From assembly GCA_009777615.1 (NCBI GenBank), contig WRLM01000005.1, forward strand, positions 23,370-87,369: a stretch of 64,000 bases of DNA, given 5' to 3'. Positions 56,720 to 64,000 of the stretch are shown one piece after another. Under the pieces are notes generated by a model. It did no database searches and was not told where the DNA came from. It saw only the letters and a program-made list of their open reading frames with translations. How positions within the stretch are numbered: the stretch's first letter is position 1; the number at the start of each line of letters is the position of its first letter. The translations under genes and the position numbers were made by a program. This DNA is from Candidatus Methanoplasma cognatum (lineage in GTDB: Archaea > Thermoplasmatota > Thermoplasmata > Methanomassiliicoccales > Methanomethylophilaceae).

Positions 56720-57880
56720 TTATTTTCTGCCGAACTTCGCGCCGCACTTTACGCAGAACGTAGCGGTCGCCGGTGAGACCGCCCCGCATTCCGGACACGC
56801 GAATGTTTCTCCGGTTATCTCCACGGTTCCGTCCGAATGCACGACTTCGAATTCATCTTCTTCGAACACCGCCCCGCATTTGGGGCATGTCTTAGCATCC
56901 ATCGGAACTTCCGCGCCGCAGTCGCTGCATTCAAAGAAGTCTTTCTTCTTAGGTTTCATCTCGTCCGGGCGGTCGATATATGCGCCGCACTTCCTGCAGT
57001 TCACTTCTCCCGGAAGGACCATGGCGCCGCATTCATCGCATCTTCCGTATCCTTGGGGGTAGAGCCTTCCTTCTTTCTCCATCCTCTCTCTGGTCTTTTC
57101 CACCCTCACTCTCATGAAGTTCGAGAAGACCATTATCAGGAAGAAGACGATCGTTATGTAGAGCGTTCCGACGAAGCAGCCTAACAGGCACAACGGAGTC
57201 AGATCTCCGTCATATGCTCCGGTCAGGAAACGCGCCGATGTAGCGGAATTTTCGACGGTAGATTCTTCACCGGAGGCGTCGGTCTCCACCACCATAAGAT
57301 ACCCTAAGTAGAGTCTGTCGCTGTCCAACGATACGCTGCCGCTAACCAAACTGCCGGCCACGTCCATGTGGGCGCTCGCCATGGAATCGCCGTCTAAGGT
57401 GGCGGCGATATCCACTGCCATTCCGAGCCCGATGCTTGTTACCGCTATGTATTTGAAGAAGACCTCGCCGGTACCTATGTCCTTAAGGAGGACGGCCTCT
57501 ATCTCGACCCCGCCCGCTGTATAAGTATATTCCACATCGATGAAATATTCGTTATCCGGAGGGTCCCCCTGATTTGCATCCACAAGGCCGGGCGCCGTGA
57601 CGAACCCGCCTATCAGGACCGCTGCCGCCGTGAACAAGACCCCGACCAGCGTCATAAGCTTGATATTCTCCACCCCGAACGTGCGGGGCAGCATGTACAG
57701 TATGACTGCGATCAGCAGCATCCCGAAGCACATGCATGAGTATCCGAACCCGACCAGCGTCAGAGCGAGAGCGAAAACGAACGCTGCGATCAGCCCCAGT
57801 ATCTGTCTGAGCGTTAAGGTGCCGAACCATTTCAGATTCATGGTCTTTGTACCTGCGGCATTGTTCATGCAGAGGCCCAA
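56720..57880 (-). CDS. Membrane protein with three C-terminal zinc ribbons; hypothetical
   Basis: The ribbons are CDECG..CRKCG, CSDCG..CPKCG and CPECG..CVKCG. There are 3 N-terminal TM segments, an extracytoplasmic domain and one further TM. Confidence 0.6.
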   Translation of the reverse strand: MGLCMNNAAGTKTMNLKWFGTLTLRQILGLIAAFVFALALTLVGFGYSCMCFGMLLIAVILYMLPRTFGVENIKLMTLVGVLFTAAAVLIGGFVTAPGLVDANQGDPPDNEYFIDVEYTYTAGGVEIEAVLLKDIGTGEVFFKYIAVTSIGLGMAVDIAATLDGDSMASAHMDVAGSLVSGSVSLDSDRLYLGYLMVVETDASGEESTVENSATSARFLTGAYDGDLTPLCLLGCFVGTLYITIVFFLIMVFSNFMRVRVEKTRERMEKEGRLYPQGYGRCDECGAMVLPGEVNCRKCGAYIDRPDEMKPKKKDFFECSDCGAEVPMDAKTCPKCGAVFEEDEFEVVHSDGTVEITGETFACPECGAVSPATATFCVKCGAKFGRK

Positions 57881-57984
57881 ACAATGAACTGATTAAAAAC
57901 TATCGGGCGTAAAGGCCGTTCTGCAGCGGATAATTCAATAAAGCATAATTATAGTTGTTACATATCACGCAATCGGAGTGCACA

Positions 57985-59085
57985 GTGGCGACCATCGAGG
58001 AACAGATAAAGGAGTTGGAGGAGCAGATATCCAACACCAAATACAATAAAGCCACGGAGGCCCACATCGGAAAGCTGAAGGCGAAGATAGCGCGCCTTAC
58101 CGCCGAAGATGAGAAGAGAAGGTCCTCCAAAGGGCCTACCAAAGGATTCTATGTCAAGAAGGCCGGCGATGCTACGGTCGCCCTCGTGGGGTTCCCGTCC
58201 GTGGGAAAGTCCACCCTCCTGAATCAGCTGACGGGGGCCAAGTCGGAAGTGGGCGCATACCACTTCACGACGCTGGATATCGTTCCCGGAGTGCTCGAAT
58301 ACAACCACGCGAAGATCCAGATACTTGATATGCCCGGGCTGATAAAGGACGCATCGAGAGGCAAAGGCAGAGGAAGAGAGGTCATTGCCGCGGCAAGGGC
58401 GTCGGACGTCATCCTGCTGGTCGTGGACATCTTCAACCCAAAGATGGATATTCTTAGGAAGGAACTGTACAACGCGGCCATAAGGATGAACCAGACCAAG
58501 CCGGATGTCGTAATATCGGGTTCGTCGCAGGGAGGGATCCTTGTTAAACCGACGGTCAAACTCACCAAGATCGACCCGGAGACCATAAAGGACATGGCCA
58601 TTGCGTACGGACACATCAACGCCACCATAGTAGTGAGGGATGATATCGACGTGGAGGAGATGCTTGACGTTCTTGCAGGGAACCGCGTTTATGTCAAATG
58701 CGTGGTGGCGATAAACAAGGTGGACCTGGCGAAGCCGGGGGAGCTGGAGGCTGCGCTGGCACTGTATCCGAATTACACCACGGTGCCGATATCCGCCGCA
58801 ACGGGATACGGGATAGAAGAGCTCAAGCAGACGCTTTACGACACGATCGAGATGATCCGCATATACCTCAAACCGCAGGGTAAGGAAGCGGACCTCATAG
58901 AGCCGTTGATAGTCAAGAGAGGCAATAACGTAGGGGACATCTGCGAAGTGATCCACAGGGACTTCAGGAACAATTTCAGGTATGCCATGGTCTGGGGCAG
59001 GAGCGCCAAGTTCCCCGGCCAGACCGTGGGGCTGGACCATGTGGTGGAGGATGAGGACATCCTCTCGATAATTGTGAAAAGGTGA
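57985..59085 (+). CDS. OBG-family GTPase of the DRG/Rbg type with a C-terminal TGS domain
   Basis: G1 is GFPSVGKST, G3 is DMPG and G4 is NKVD. The start is set at GTG 57985, which follows GGAG. Confidence 0.85.
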   Translation: MATIEEQIKELEEQISNTKYNKATEAHIGKLKAKIARLTAEDEKRRSSKGPTKGFYVKKAGDATVALVGFPSVGKSTLLNQLTGAKSEVGAYHFTTLDIVPGVLEYNHAKIQILDMPGLIKDASRGKGRGREVIAAARASDVILLVVDIFNPKMDILRKELYNAAIRMNQTKPDVVISGSSQGGILVKPTVKLTKIDPETIKDMAIAYGHINATIVVRDDIDVEEMLDVLAGNRVYVKCVVAINKVDLAKPGELEAALALYPNYTTVPISAATGYGIEELKQTLYDTIEMIRIYLKPQGKEADLIEPLIVKRGNNVGDICEVIHRDFRNNFRYAMVWGRSAKFPGQTVGLDHVVEDEDILSIIVKR

Positions 59086-59154
59086 AAGGATCATTTTTTC
59101 CTGAATGGAATCCGCAACAACAATCTAATATATTCTCAAACCATCGGTCCGATT

Positions 59155-60405
59155 ATGATGCAGAGCCCCAGAGGCACAAGGGATTTCCTTCCGGACGAGA
59201 TGGAAAGGAGAAGATTCTACGAGGGTGTCCTGAGGCAGATCGCTCAAAGAGCCGGGTTCAGGGAGATACAGACCCCCATCTTCGAAGAGGCGGAGCTTTT
59301 CATTCTGAGGTCTGGACCGAACATACTCAACGAGCTTTACGCTTTCAAAGACAAAGGCGATAGGGACCTGGCCCTCAGACCGGAGATGACGGCACCGGCG
59401 ATAAGATCGTTCGTCAACAACATGAGCAATGACCCAAAACCGATCAAGATATTTTATTTCGGCCAATGTTTCAGATATGAAAGGCCTCAGAGCGGAAGAT
59501 ACAGGGAATTCTTCCAATTCGGCGCGGAGATCATCGGTACCGCAACCCCGCAGACGGATGCGGAGGTGATCGCCGCCGCATTGGAGATGGTGAAAGCGCT
59601 GGGTCTTAAGGGATACAAGGCGAGAATAGGCCATATAGGGGTGCTGAGGAAGCAGCTCTTGAAAGCAAGGATCCCGGAAGACGAAATGCCGGAGATACTT
59701 CAAAAACTCGATAAGAAAATGTATGAGGAGGCCTGGCCCCTCATGGAGACCGCCGGCGTGTCCAGAGAGGAAGCGGAACTCTTATTCGAGCTTACCGGCA
59801 CAACCGGAGGCGCCGAGGTACTGAGCAAGATCGACGGCGAAGAATCAGAGTATCTGAAGGAGGTCCTGGGTTATCTGTCAGCGATGGGCACAGACGCCCC
59901 GGAGATAGATTTGGGAGTGGTGCGCGGTCTGGACTATTACACAGGGATGGTCTTTGAGATAGAGGCGCCCGTATTGGGTGCTGAGAAACAGATATGCGGC
60001 GGCGGGTCGTACACTTTGTCAGAACTGTTCGGCGGTGAGAAAGTGTTCTCAACCGGGTTTGCGATAGGGTTCGACAGGGTCCTTCTGGCACTTGAGAAAG
60101 AGGGTGCGGTCCACCCGACAAATAAAATGGACGCATACGTGATCGCTGTGTCCGATGATATGAAACTGAAAGCGTTCGAGACGGTCGGAATGCTCAGAAG
60201 GAGCGGGATATCGGCGGACATAGACCTTGCGGACAGGAAAATGGCCAAAGCGATGAAACATGCCTCTTCGGTGGGCTCAAAGTTCGTCGTGATAGTCGGC
60301 GGCGAAGAGATGAAGAGCGGTTCCGTCACGCTGAGGGATATGACATCAGGCGAACAGAGACTTATCAAAGTTGCAGATCTTCCAGCAGCGATACGCGGTC
60401 ACTGA
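59155..60405 (+). CDS. hisS: Histidyl-tRNA synthetase
   Basis: PRGTRDFLP, LRPEMTAP, CFRYERPQ.GRYREF and GGGSY are class II and HisRS-specific motifs. Confidence 0.9.
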   Translation: MMQSPRGTRDFLPDEMERRRFYEGVLRQIAQRAGFREIQTPIFEEAELFILRSGPNILNELYAFKDKGDRDLALRPEMTAPAIRSFVNNMSNDPKPIKIFYFGQCFRYERPQSGRYREFFQFGAEIIGTATPQTDAEVIAAALEMVKALGLKGYKARIGHIGVLRKQLLKARIPEDEMPEILQKLDKKMYEEAWPLMETAGVSREEAELLFELTGTTGGAEVLSKIDGEESEYLKEVLGYLSAMGTDAPEIDLGVVRGLDYYTGMVFEIEAPVLGAEKQICGGGSYTLSELFGGEKVFSTGFAIGFDRVLLALEKEGAVHPTNKMDAYVIAVSDDMKLKAFETVGMLRRSGISADIDLADRKMAKAMKHASSVGSKFVVIVGGEEMKSGSVTLRDMTSGEQRLIKVADLPAAIRGH

Positions 60406-60800
60406 TGCGTATCCAGCTCTTTGTTCACTAAGGCGTCGGCCATCGGTATGAGCATCTCGGAACGCCGTACGTTTTTGAAAGTGATATCGGGGATCATCGA
60501 CGAGAGGGCCATCGCGTCGAGGTACAGGCCTTTGATGCTGCCGCTCCTGATCTCGTACTCGCCGGTCATCTGTTTGATCACGAGCTCGGAGTCCATCACG
60601 AACTCCGCGCGTTCGGCTCCCAGTTCTATGGCTTTAGCCAGACCCGCTATCAGCCCTCGGTATTCGGCGTAGTTGTTGGTCCTGATACCCAGGAACTCGG
60701 AATGCTGGTGAATGATCTTGTCATCTTTGGTGACAACTATCGCATAAGCGGAAGGGCCTGGGTTGCCCCGCGATCCTCCGTCTGAGAATATTCGGTACAT
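60399..60800 (-). CDS. rnhA: Ribonuclease HI (type 1 RNase H)
   Basis: SDGGSRGNPGPSAYA, NNYAEYRGLIAGL and the DSELV pattern show the DEDD catalytic residues. The ATG overlaps the panD stop by 1 nt. Confidence 0.8.
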   Translation of the reverse strand: MYRIFSDGGSRGNPGPSAYAIVVTKDDKIIHQHSEFLGIRTNNYAEYRGLIAGLAKAIELGAERAEFVMDSELVIKQMTGEYEIRSGSIKGLYLDAMALSSMIPDITFKNVRRSEMLIPMADALVNKELDTHQ

Positions 60801-61147
60801 CAATACACGAATTCCTTGATTATTTTGTTGTTGTCGTCGACAAGGATCACCTTTGAGCCGATAGGTTCCGAGGTCAGCTCATACCCCATGATTATGATCT
60901 TGTCGCCTTTCTCGCAAAGTCTGGCGGCGGCACCGTTAATCGCCACCGTGCCGGTGCTCTTGTCGCCTTTGAAGACATAGGTCTCGAAGCGCGCGCCGTT
61001 GTTGACGTTTGCTATGGTGACCTTCTCCCCCACCCATATTCCGGCCCTCTCCAAAAGTTCCCCGTCTATAGTGATACTGCCTTCGTAATCTAGCCGGGTA
61101 TCTGTGACCGTCGCTCTATGGATCTTGCTTCTGAGCATCCATCGCAT
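60800..61147 (-). CDS. panD: Aspartate 1-decarboxylase, pyruvoyl-dependent (bacterial type)
   Basis: [28 protein letters not shown] includes the self-cleavage G-S site. ..NGAAARL.. is also present. The tracked ORF extension overlaps tRNA-Asp and was trimmed. Confidence 0.85.
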   Translation of the reverse strand: MRWMLRSKIHRATVTDTRLDYEGSITIDGELLERAGIWVGEKVTIANVNNGARFETYVFKGDKSTGTVAINGAAARLCEKGDKIIIMGYELTSEPIGSKVILVDDNNKIIKEFVY

Positions 61148-61227
61148 GATAATAGGTAACGCACATGATAAAAAGAATTTTTGGTATGTACGCTTCGACG
61201 ATTGCAATATGAAATCAGAACAATGAG

Positions 61228-61300
61228 CGCCCTGGCCGGAATTCGAATCCGAGTCGAAGCCTCGACAGGGCTTCATGATAGGCCACTACACTACCAGGGC
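61228..61300 (-). tRNA. tRNA-Asp(GTC)
   Basis: The reverse complement reads GCCCTGG-TA-GTGT-AGTGGCCTA-TCAT-G-AAGCC-CTGTCGA-GGCTT-CGAC-TCGGA-TTCGAAT-TCCGG-CCAGGGC-G. Confidence 0.9.
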
Positions 61301-61369
61301 AGTATGCCCTGATAATAAGAGATAATATTTAATGGTTCTTTTATCACCGAACGGAATGCCAGATTCCCA

Positions 61370-62158
61370 TTATTTGCATGACCCGAAAAGGCGCACTGTG
61401 TTCTTCCCGGTGCGGGGATCCTTCTCCAGTTCGGCGTCGACGTTGAACACGATCCTCATGTTCTCTTTGGTGAGAACCTCTTCCGGAGTTCCCATCGCAA
61501 ACACTTTGTGATCGTGGATGAGCACTATGCGGTCGCAGTACCTCGTCACCATGGGAAGGTCGTGAGATACGATAACCACGGCAAGGCCGTTCTCCTTCGA
61601 AAGGTCCCGGATGAGATCCAGGACCTCGAACTGCATGTTGATGTCAAGATGCAGGGTCGGCTCGTCCATCAGTATTATCTTCGGAGTCTGGGTTATCGCC
61701 CTGGCTATTATCGCGCGCTGCCTCTCTCCTCCGCTCAGTGTGTTTATGTATCTCTCGGCAAACTCCGTTAAGCCGGTCTCTTCCATTGCCTTTTCAATTA
61801 TCCTGAGATCGTCCGTGGTCTCTCCGCGGAATGGTTCCTGGAAGGGCATTCTGCCCATTGTTACTATTTCCCTGACAGTGAAGGCAAATCTTATCTCATT
61901 GGATTGAGGAACCGCCGCTATGCTCTGTGCGATCTCTCTCTTTGAGATGTCATCTATGTCGGTTTCGTCTATCATGACGCATCCGCCATGTGGTTTTAGG
62001 TTCCTGTTCAGATTTTTCAGCAACGTTGTTTTACCGCAGCCGTTCGGCCCCAGTATTCCTATCACCTCTCCGCCCTTTATGCCAAGCGTTATCTGATCGA
62101 GCACTACTTTCTCATTATATTTGTATGATAAAGAATCGATATTGAGGAGGCTCACCAT
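61370..62158 (-). CDS. ABC transporter ATP-binding protein, FepC/BtuD-type
   Basis: GPNGCGKTT, LSGGERQRAIIARA and ILMDEPTLHLD motifs. Confidence 0.85.
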   Translation of the reverse strand: MVSLLNIDSLSYKYNEKVVLDQITLGIKGGEVIGILGPNGCGKTTLLKNLNRNLKPHGGCVMIDETDIDDISKREIAQSIAAVPQSNEIRFAFTVREIVTMGRMPFQEPFRGETTDDLRIIEKAMEETGLTEFAERYINTLSGGERQRAIIARAITQTPKIILMDEPTLHLDINMQFEVLDLIRDLSKENGLAVVIVSHDLPMVTRYCDRIVLIHDHKVFAMGTPEEVLTKENMRIVFNVDAELEKDPRTGKNTVRLFGSCK

Positions 62159-63177
62159 CCCACCTCGTTTCTTTTTCTTGATAAAAGGTAAATGAAGAAC
62201 GGAGCACCGATGAATGCCGTTACGACGCCTACCGGTAACGTCGTCACGACCGGGGAGACAGCATGTGCCACAGAGTCACATAACAGTATGAAGCCTGCAC
62301 CTCCGAATGTGCTTAACGGTAAGATCAAACGGTTGTCCGGTCCGAGCAGAAGCCTGAATATATGCGGTATGACCAACCCGATAAAACCTATCGCTCCGAC
62401 GAATGCTACTGCTGCCGCGACAACAAGAGATGATACTATCAGAAGGAAAAGTCTGACTTTTTTTACATCGACCCCAAGGTCCATAGCGTGATTGTCTCCA
62501 AGCATCATGGCGTTGAGGTTCTTCATCTGTGTAAGCATAAGGATGATCCCCGCAACAATTATGGGTATCGCAAATGCCATCTCCTCCCAGGTGACCTTGC
62601 CAAGGCTGCCCATGGTCCAGAAGACGATATCTCCCATCTTTTCGCTTGGTGCAATATATGTCAGGAATGATACTGCTGCAGCGATCAATGATGATACTGC
62701 TACGCCGGCAAGTATCAGCGTCTCAGTCCTGATGCTGCCCCCGCCTCTGGCAAGCATGTAAACAAGGAACATTGTTCCGAGACAGAATACGAATGCCAGT
62801 GTGGGTTGGACTATTGCAAGGGGAATGAAAGGCACCGAGAATAAGATCGCAATAGCAGCACCCAACGAAGCTCCGGAAGATAATCCAAGAAGATAGGGCG
62901 ATGCCAAAGGATTCCTAAAGACCGCCTGCATCACACCGCCTGTTACTCCTAAGCCGGCTCCTACGAAGACACCGAATATGACCCTTGGAGCATTGACCTC
63001 TTTGACAATTAGGTTGTTCGCGCCAGTGCCGTTGCCCATCAGGACATCCCACACATCCCGCAGTGACAAATGGTAGGCGGCCCAAGTGAGATCCAGAAGT
63101 ACTGATAAGAACAATATTGCGGCAAGTGCAATTATGATAAGAATTAACTTTTTCTTTTTCCCGACGCCTGATATCAT
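62152..63177 (-). CDS. FecCD/BtuC-family ABC permease
   Basis: RNPLASPYLLGLSSGA motif, 341 aa, polytopic. Confidence 0.85.
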   Translation of the reverse strand: MISGVGKKKKLILIIIALAAILFLSVLLDLTWAAYHLSLRDVWDVLMGNGTGANNLIVKEVNAPRVIFGVFVGAGLGVTGGVMQAVFRNPLASPYLLGLSSGASLGAAIAILFSVPFIPLAIVQPTLAFVFCLGTMFLVYMLARGGGSIRTETLILAGVAVSSLIAAAVSFLTYIAPSEKMGDIVFWTMGSLGKVTWEEMAFAIPIIVAGIILMLTQMKNLNAMMLGDNHAMDLGVDVKKVRLFLLIVSSLVVAAAVAFVGAIGFIGLVIPHIFRLLLGPDNRLILPLSTFGGAGFILLCDSVAHAVSPVVTTLPVGVVTAFIGAPFFIYLLSRKRNEVGW

Positions 63178-63230
63178 AAATATGCCCTTGAATAAGAATG
63201 GTGGGGGATGATCCCCCTTGTTTAATTGGC

Positions 63231-64000
63231 TTACGGTTTCCTCATGAAAAAGTATGCCAATCCTATAATGACCATCGTTACCATAATTCCGGCCGCTGCA
63301 TAAAGAAGCAGATCAGGATTAGACTGTTCATCATCTATAATTTGAACATCCCCTTCGAACAGGTCCGGATACAGTGCGGAAGCGAAAGCCCAAAGCCCTT
63401 CGGCGGCATCAGGAGCATAGTTGTTCCAGTTAGGATTCACCGCAATGACAGTAACGTCACTGTTTTGAGGAAGCGCCGCTGATCTGAAGTTAGACACACT
63501 TTGGTTGGCAATGAATATCACCATGTCCGGGTTCGCTTCTGCCATTTGAATTACAGTTGTGACATCGCCGTATCTTTGGCCGCTGATAGAGGGATTATAT
63601 GCGATGTTTATTCCTCCCGCAGCCTCGATCAATGAAACAGAGATGGACCCGGTGTTATTTACCTGATATTCTCCGTTGGCTGTGCTGTACCATACTGCAA
63701 GCCCCTTCCTTTTTTCTGTGATTCCTTCCAGTCCCTTATCGATAGTAGCCTTCACGAGTTCCATATCTTCCACAACAGAGGATATTTCTCCGGTTGCCAT
63801 TATCGATATTTTCTTCACACAATCGATGATATCATCCCATTCAGTTATGTTGTTATATGCCAACACATTATTGAACCCAAACGAAGAGAGCACATTACCC
63901 AGGACTATTGCGTTAGGATATCCTGTCAGTATTATGCCTATGTCGTTCTTGTCAACGTTATTGGCTTCTGCCCACTGGAGGAGCCAAGTCAGAACATAAT
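63231..64000 (-). CDS. ABC substrate-binding protein with a C-terminal TM anchor; 5' end lies outside the window
   Basis: The frame stays open from the tracked GTG (63893) to the window edge (..YVLTWLLQWAEANNVDKNDIGIILTGYPNAIVLGN..). The C-terminus LLLYAAAGIMVTMVIIGLAYFFMRKP is a membrane anchor. Confidence 0.65.
   Translation of the reverse strand, partial: YVLTWLLQWAEANNVDKNDIGIILTGYPNAIVLGNVLSSFGFNNVLAYNNITEWDDIIDCVKKISIMATGEISSVVEDMELVKATIDKGLEGITEKRKGLAVWYSTANGEYQVNNTGSISVSLIEAAGGINIAYNPSISGQRYGDVTTVIQMAEANPDMVIFIANQSVSNFRSAALPQNSDVTVIAVNPNWNNYAPDAAEGLWAFASALYPDLFEGDVQIIDDEQSNPDLLLYAAAGIMVTMVIIGLAYFFMRKP

Noticed and set aside
57958-59094. 378-aa ORF on the minus strand
   Set aside because: It lies entirely antisense to the DRG-type GTPase, whose G1, G3 and G4 motifs are clear on the plus strand. 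The antisense product is R/H/L-rich and not protein-like.
1-64000. Search for CRISPR arrays, transposases, integrases, prophage or toxin-antitoxin/defence modules
   Set aside because: All periodic repeats found (288 bp and 24 bp) are in-frame coding repeats. No repeat-spacer architecture and no recognisable mobile-element or defence-gene motifs were seen in any frame.

Overview
The window is a densely coded segment of an archaeal, methanogen-type chromosome. By eye it is mid-50s % GC. I found no transposase, integrase or CRISPR array.

Lineage markers visible in the sequence:
- a complete coenzyme F430 biosynthesis cluster (cfbC-A-E-D-B)
- topoisomerase VI subunits B and A
- class I lysyl-tRNA synthetase
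- eL41 and Sec61-beta mini-genes
- intron-containing tRNAs
- a stop-codon census of 45 TGA, 8 TAA and 0 TAG over the 53 CDS that terminate inside the window

Together these point, by inference, to a pyrrolysine-using Methanomassiliicoccales-like methanogen.

Gene content in order:
- ChlI/ChlD-type chelatase subunits, followed by a membrane protein with a His-rich N-terminus
- a tRNA-Arg / eL41 / tRNA-Trp micro-cluster
- about 1.1 kb with no convincing gene
- an 11.8 kb gene for a 3,921-residue surface repeat protein (adhesin-like)
- a cimA-ACT-UPF0210 operon and an ACT-hom operon
- an HTH/DUF2975/ABC-2 module
- phoU and pstS-pstCA-pstB
- an FmdE-like protein and a FecCD-type ABC importer, divergent from the cfb cluster
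- a CN-hydrolase and nadE
- larB-C-E, which make the nickel-pincer cofactor
- a SatP-family channel
- a ZIP transporter divergent from nikR
- an acidic repeat protein
- a CPA2 antiporter
- lysS, top6B/A, a DRG GTPase and hisS
- panD-rnhA
- a second FecCD-type ABC importer

Most notable observations:
1. A single in-frame TAG separates a signal-peptide-like leader from the giant surface protein. It is a candidate Pyl or read-through site.
2. tRNA-Arg(TCT) carries a 24-nt intron in its T-loop with a textbook bulge-helix-bulge fold.
3. The tRNA-Trp intron contains a complete box C/D guide aimed at C34.
4. About 6.5 near-identical 288-bp tandem repeats lie inside the giant gene.
5. A nickel-themed neighbourhood combines cfb, lar, nikR-ZIP, the ABC importer and His-rich or chelatase proteins.

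All family assignments come from reading motifs by eye. No database search was possible.
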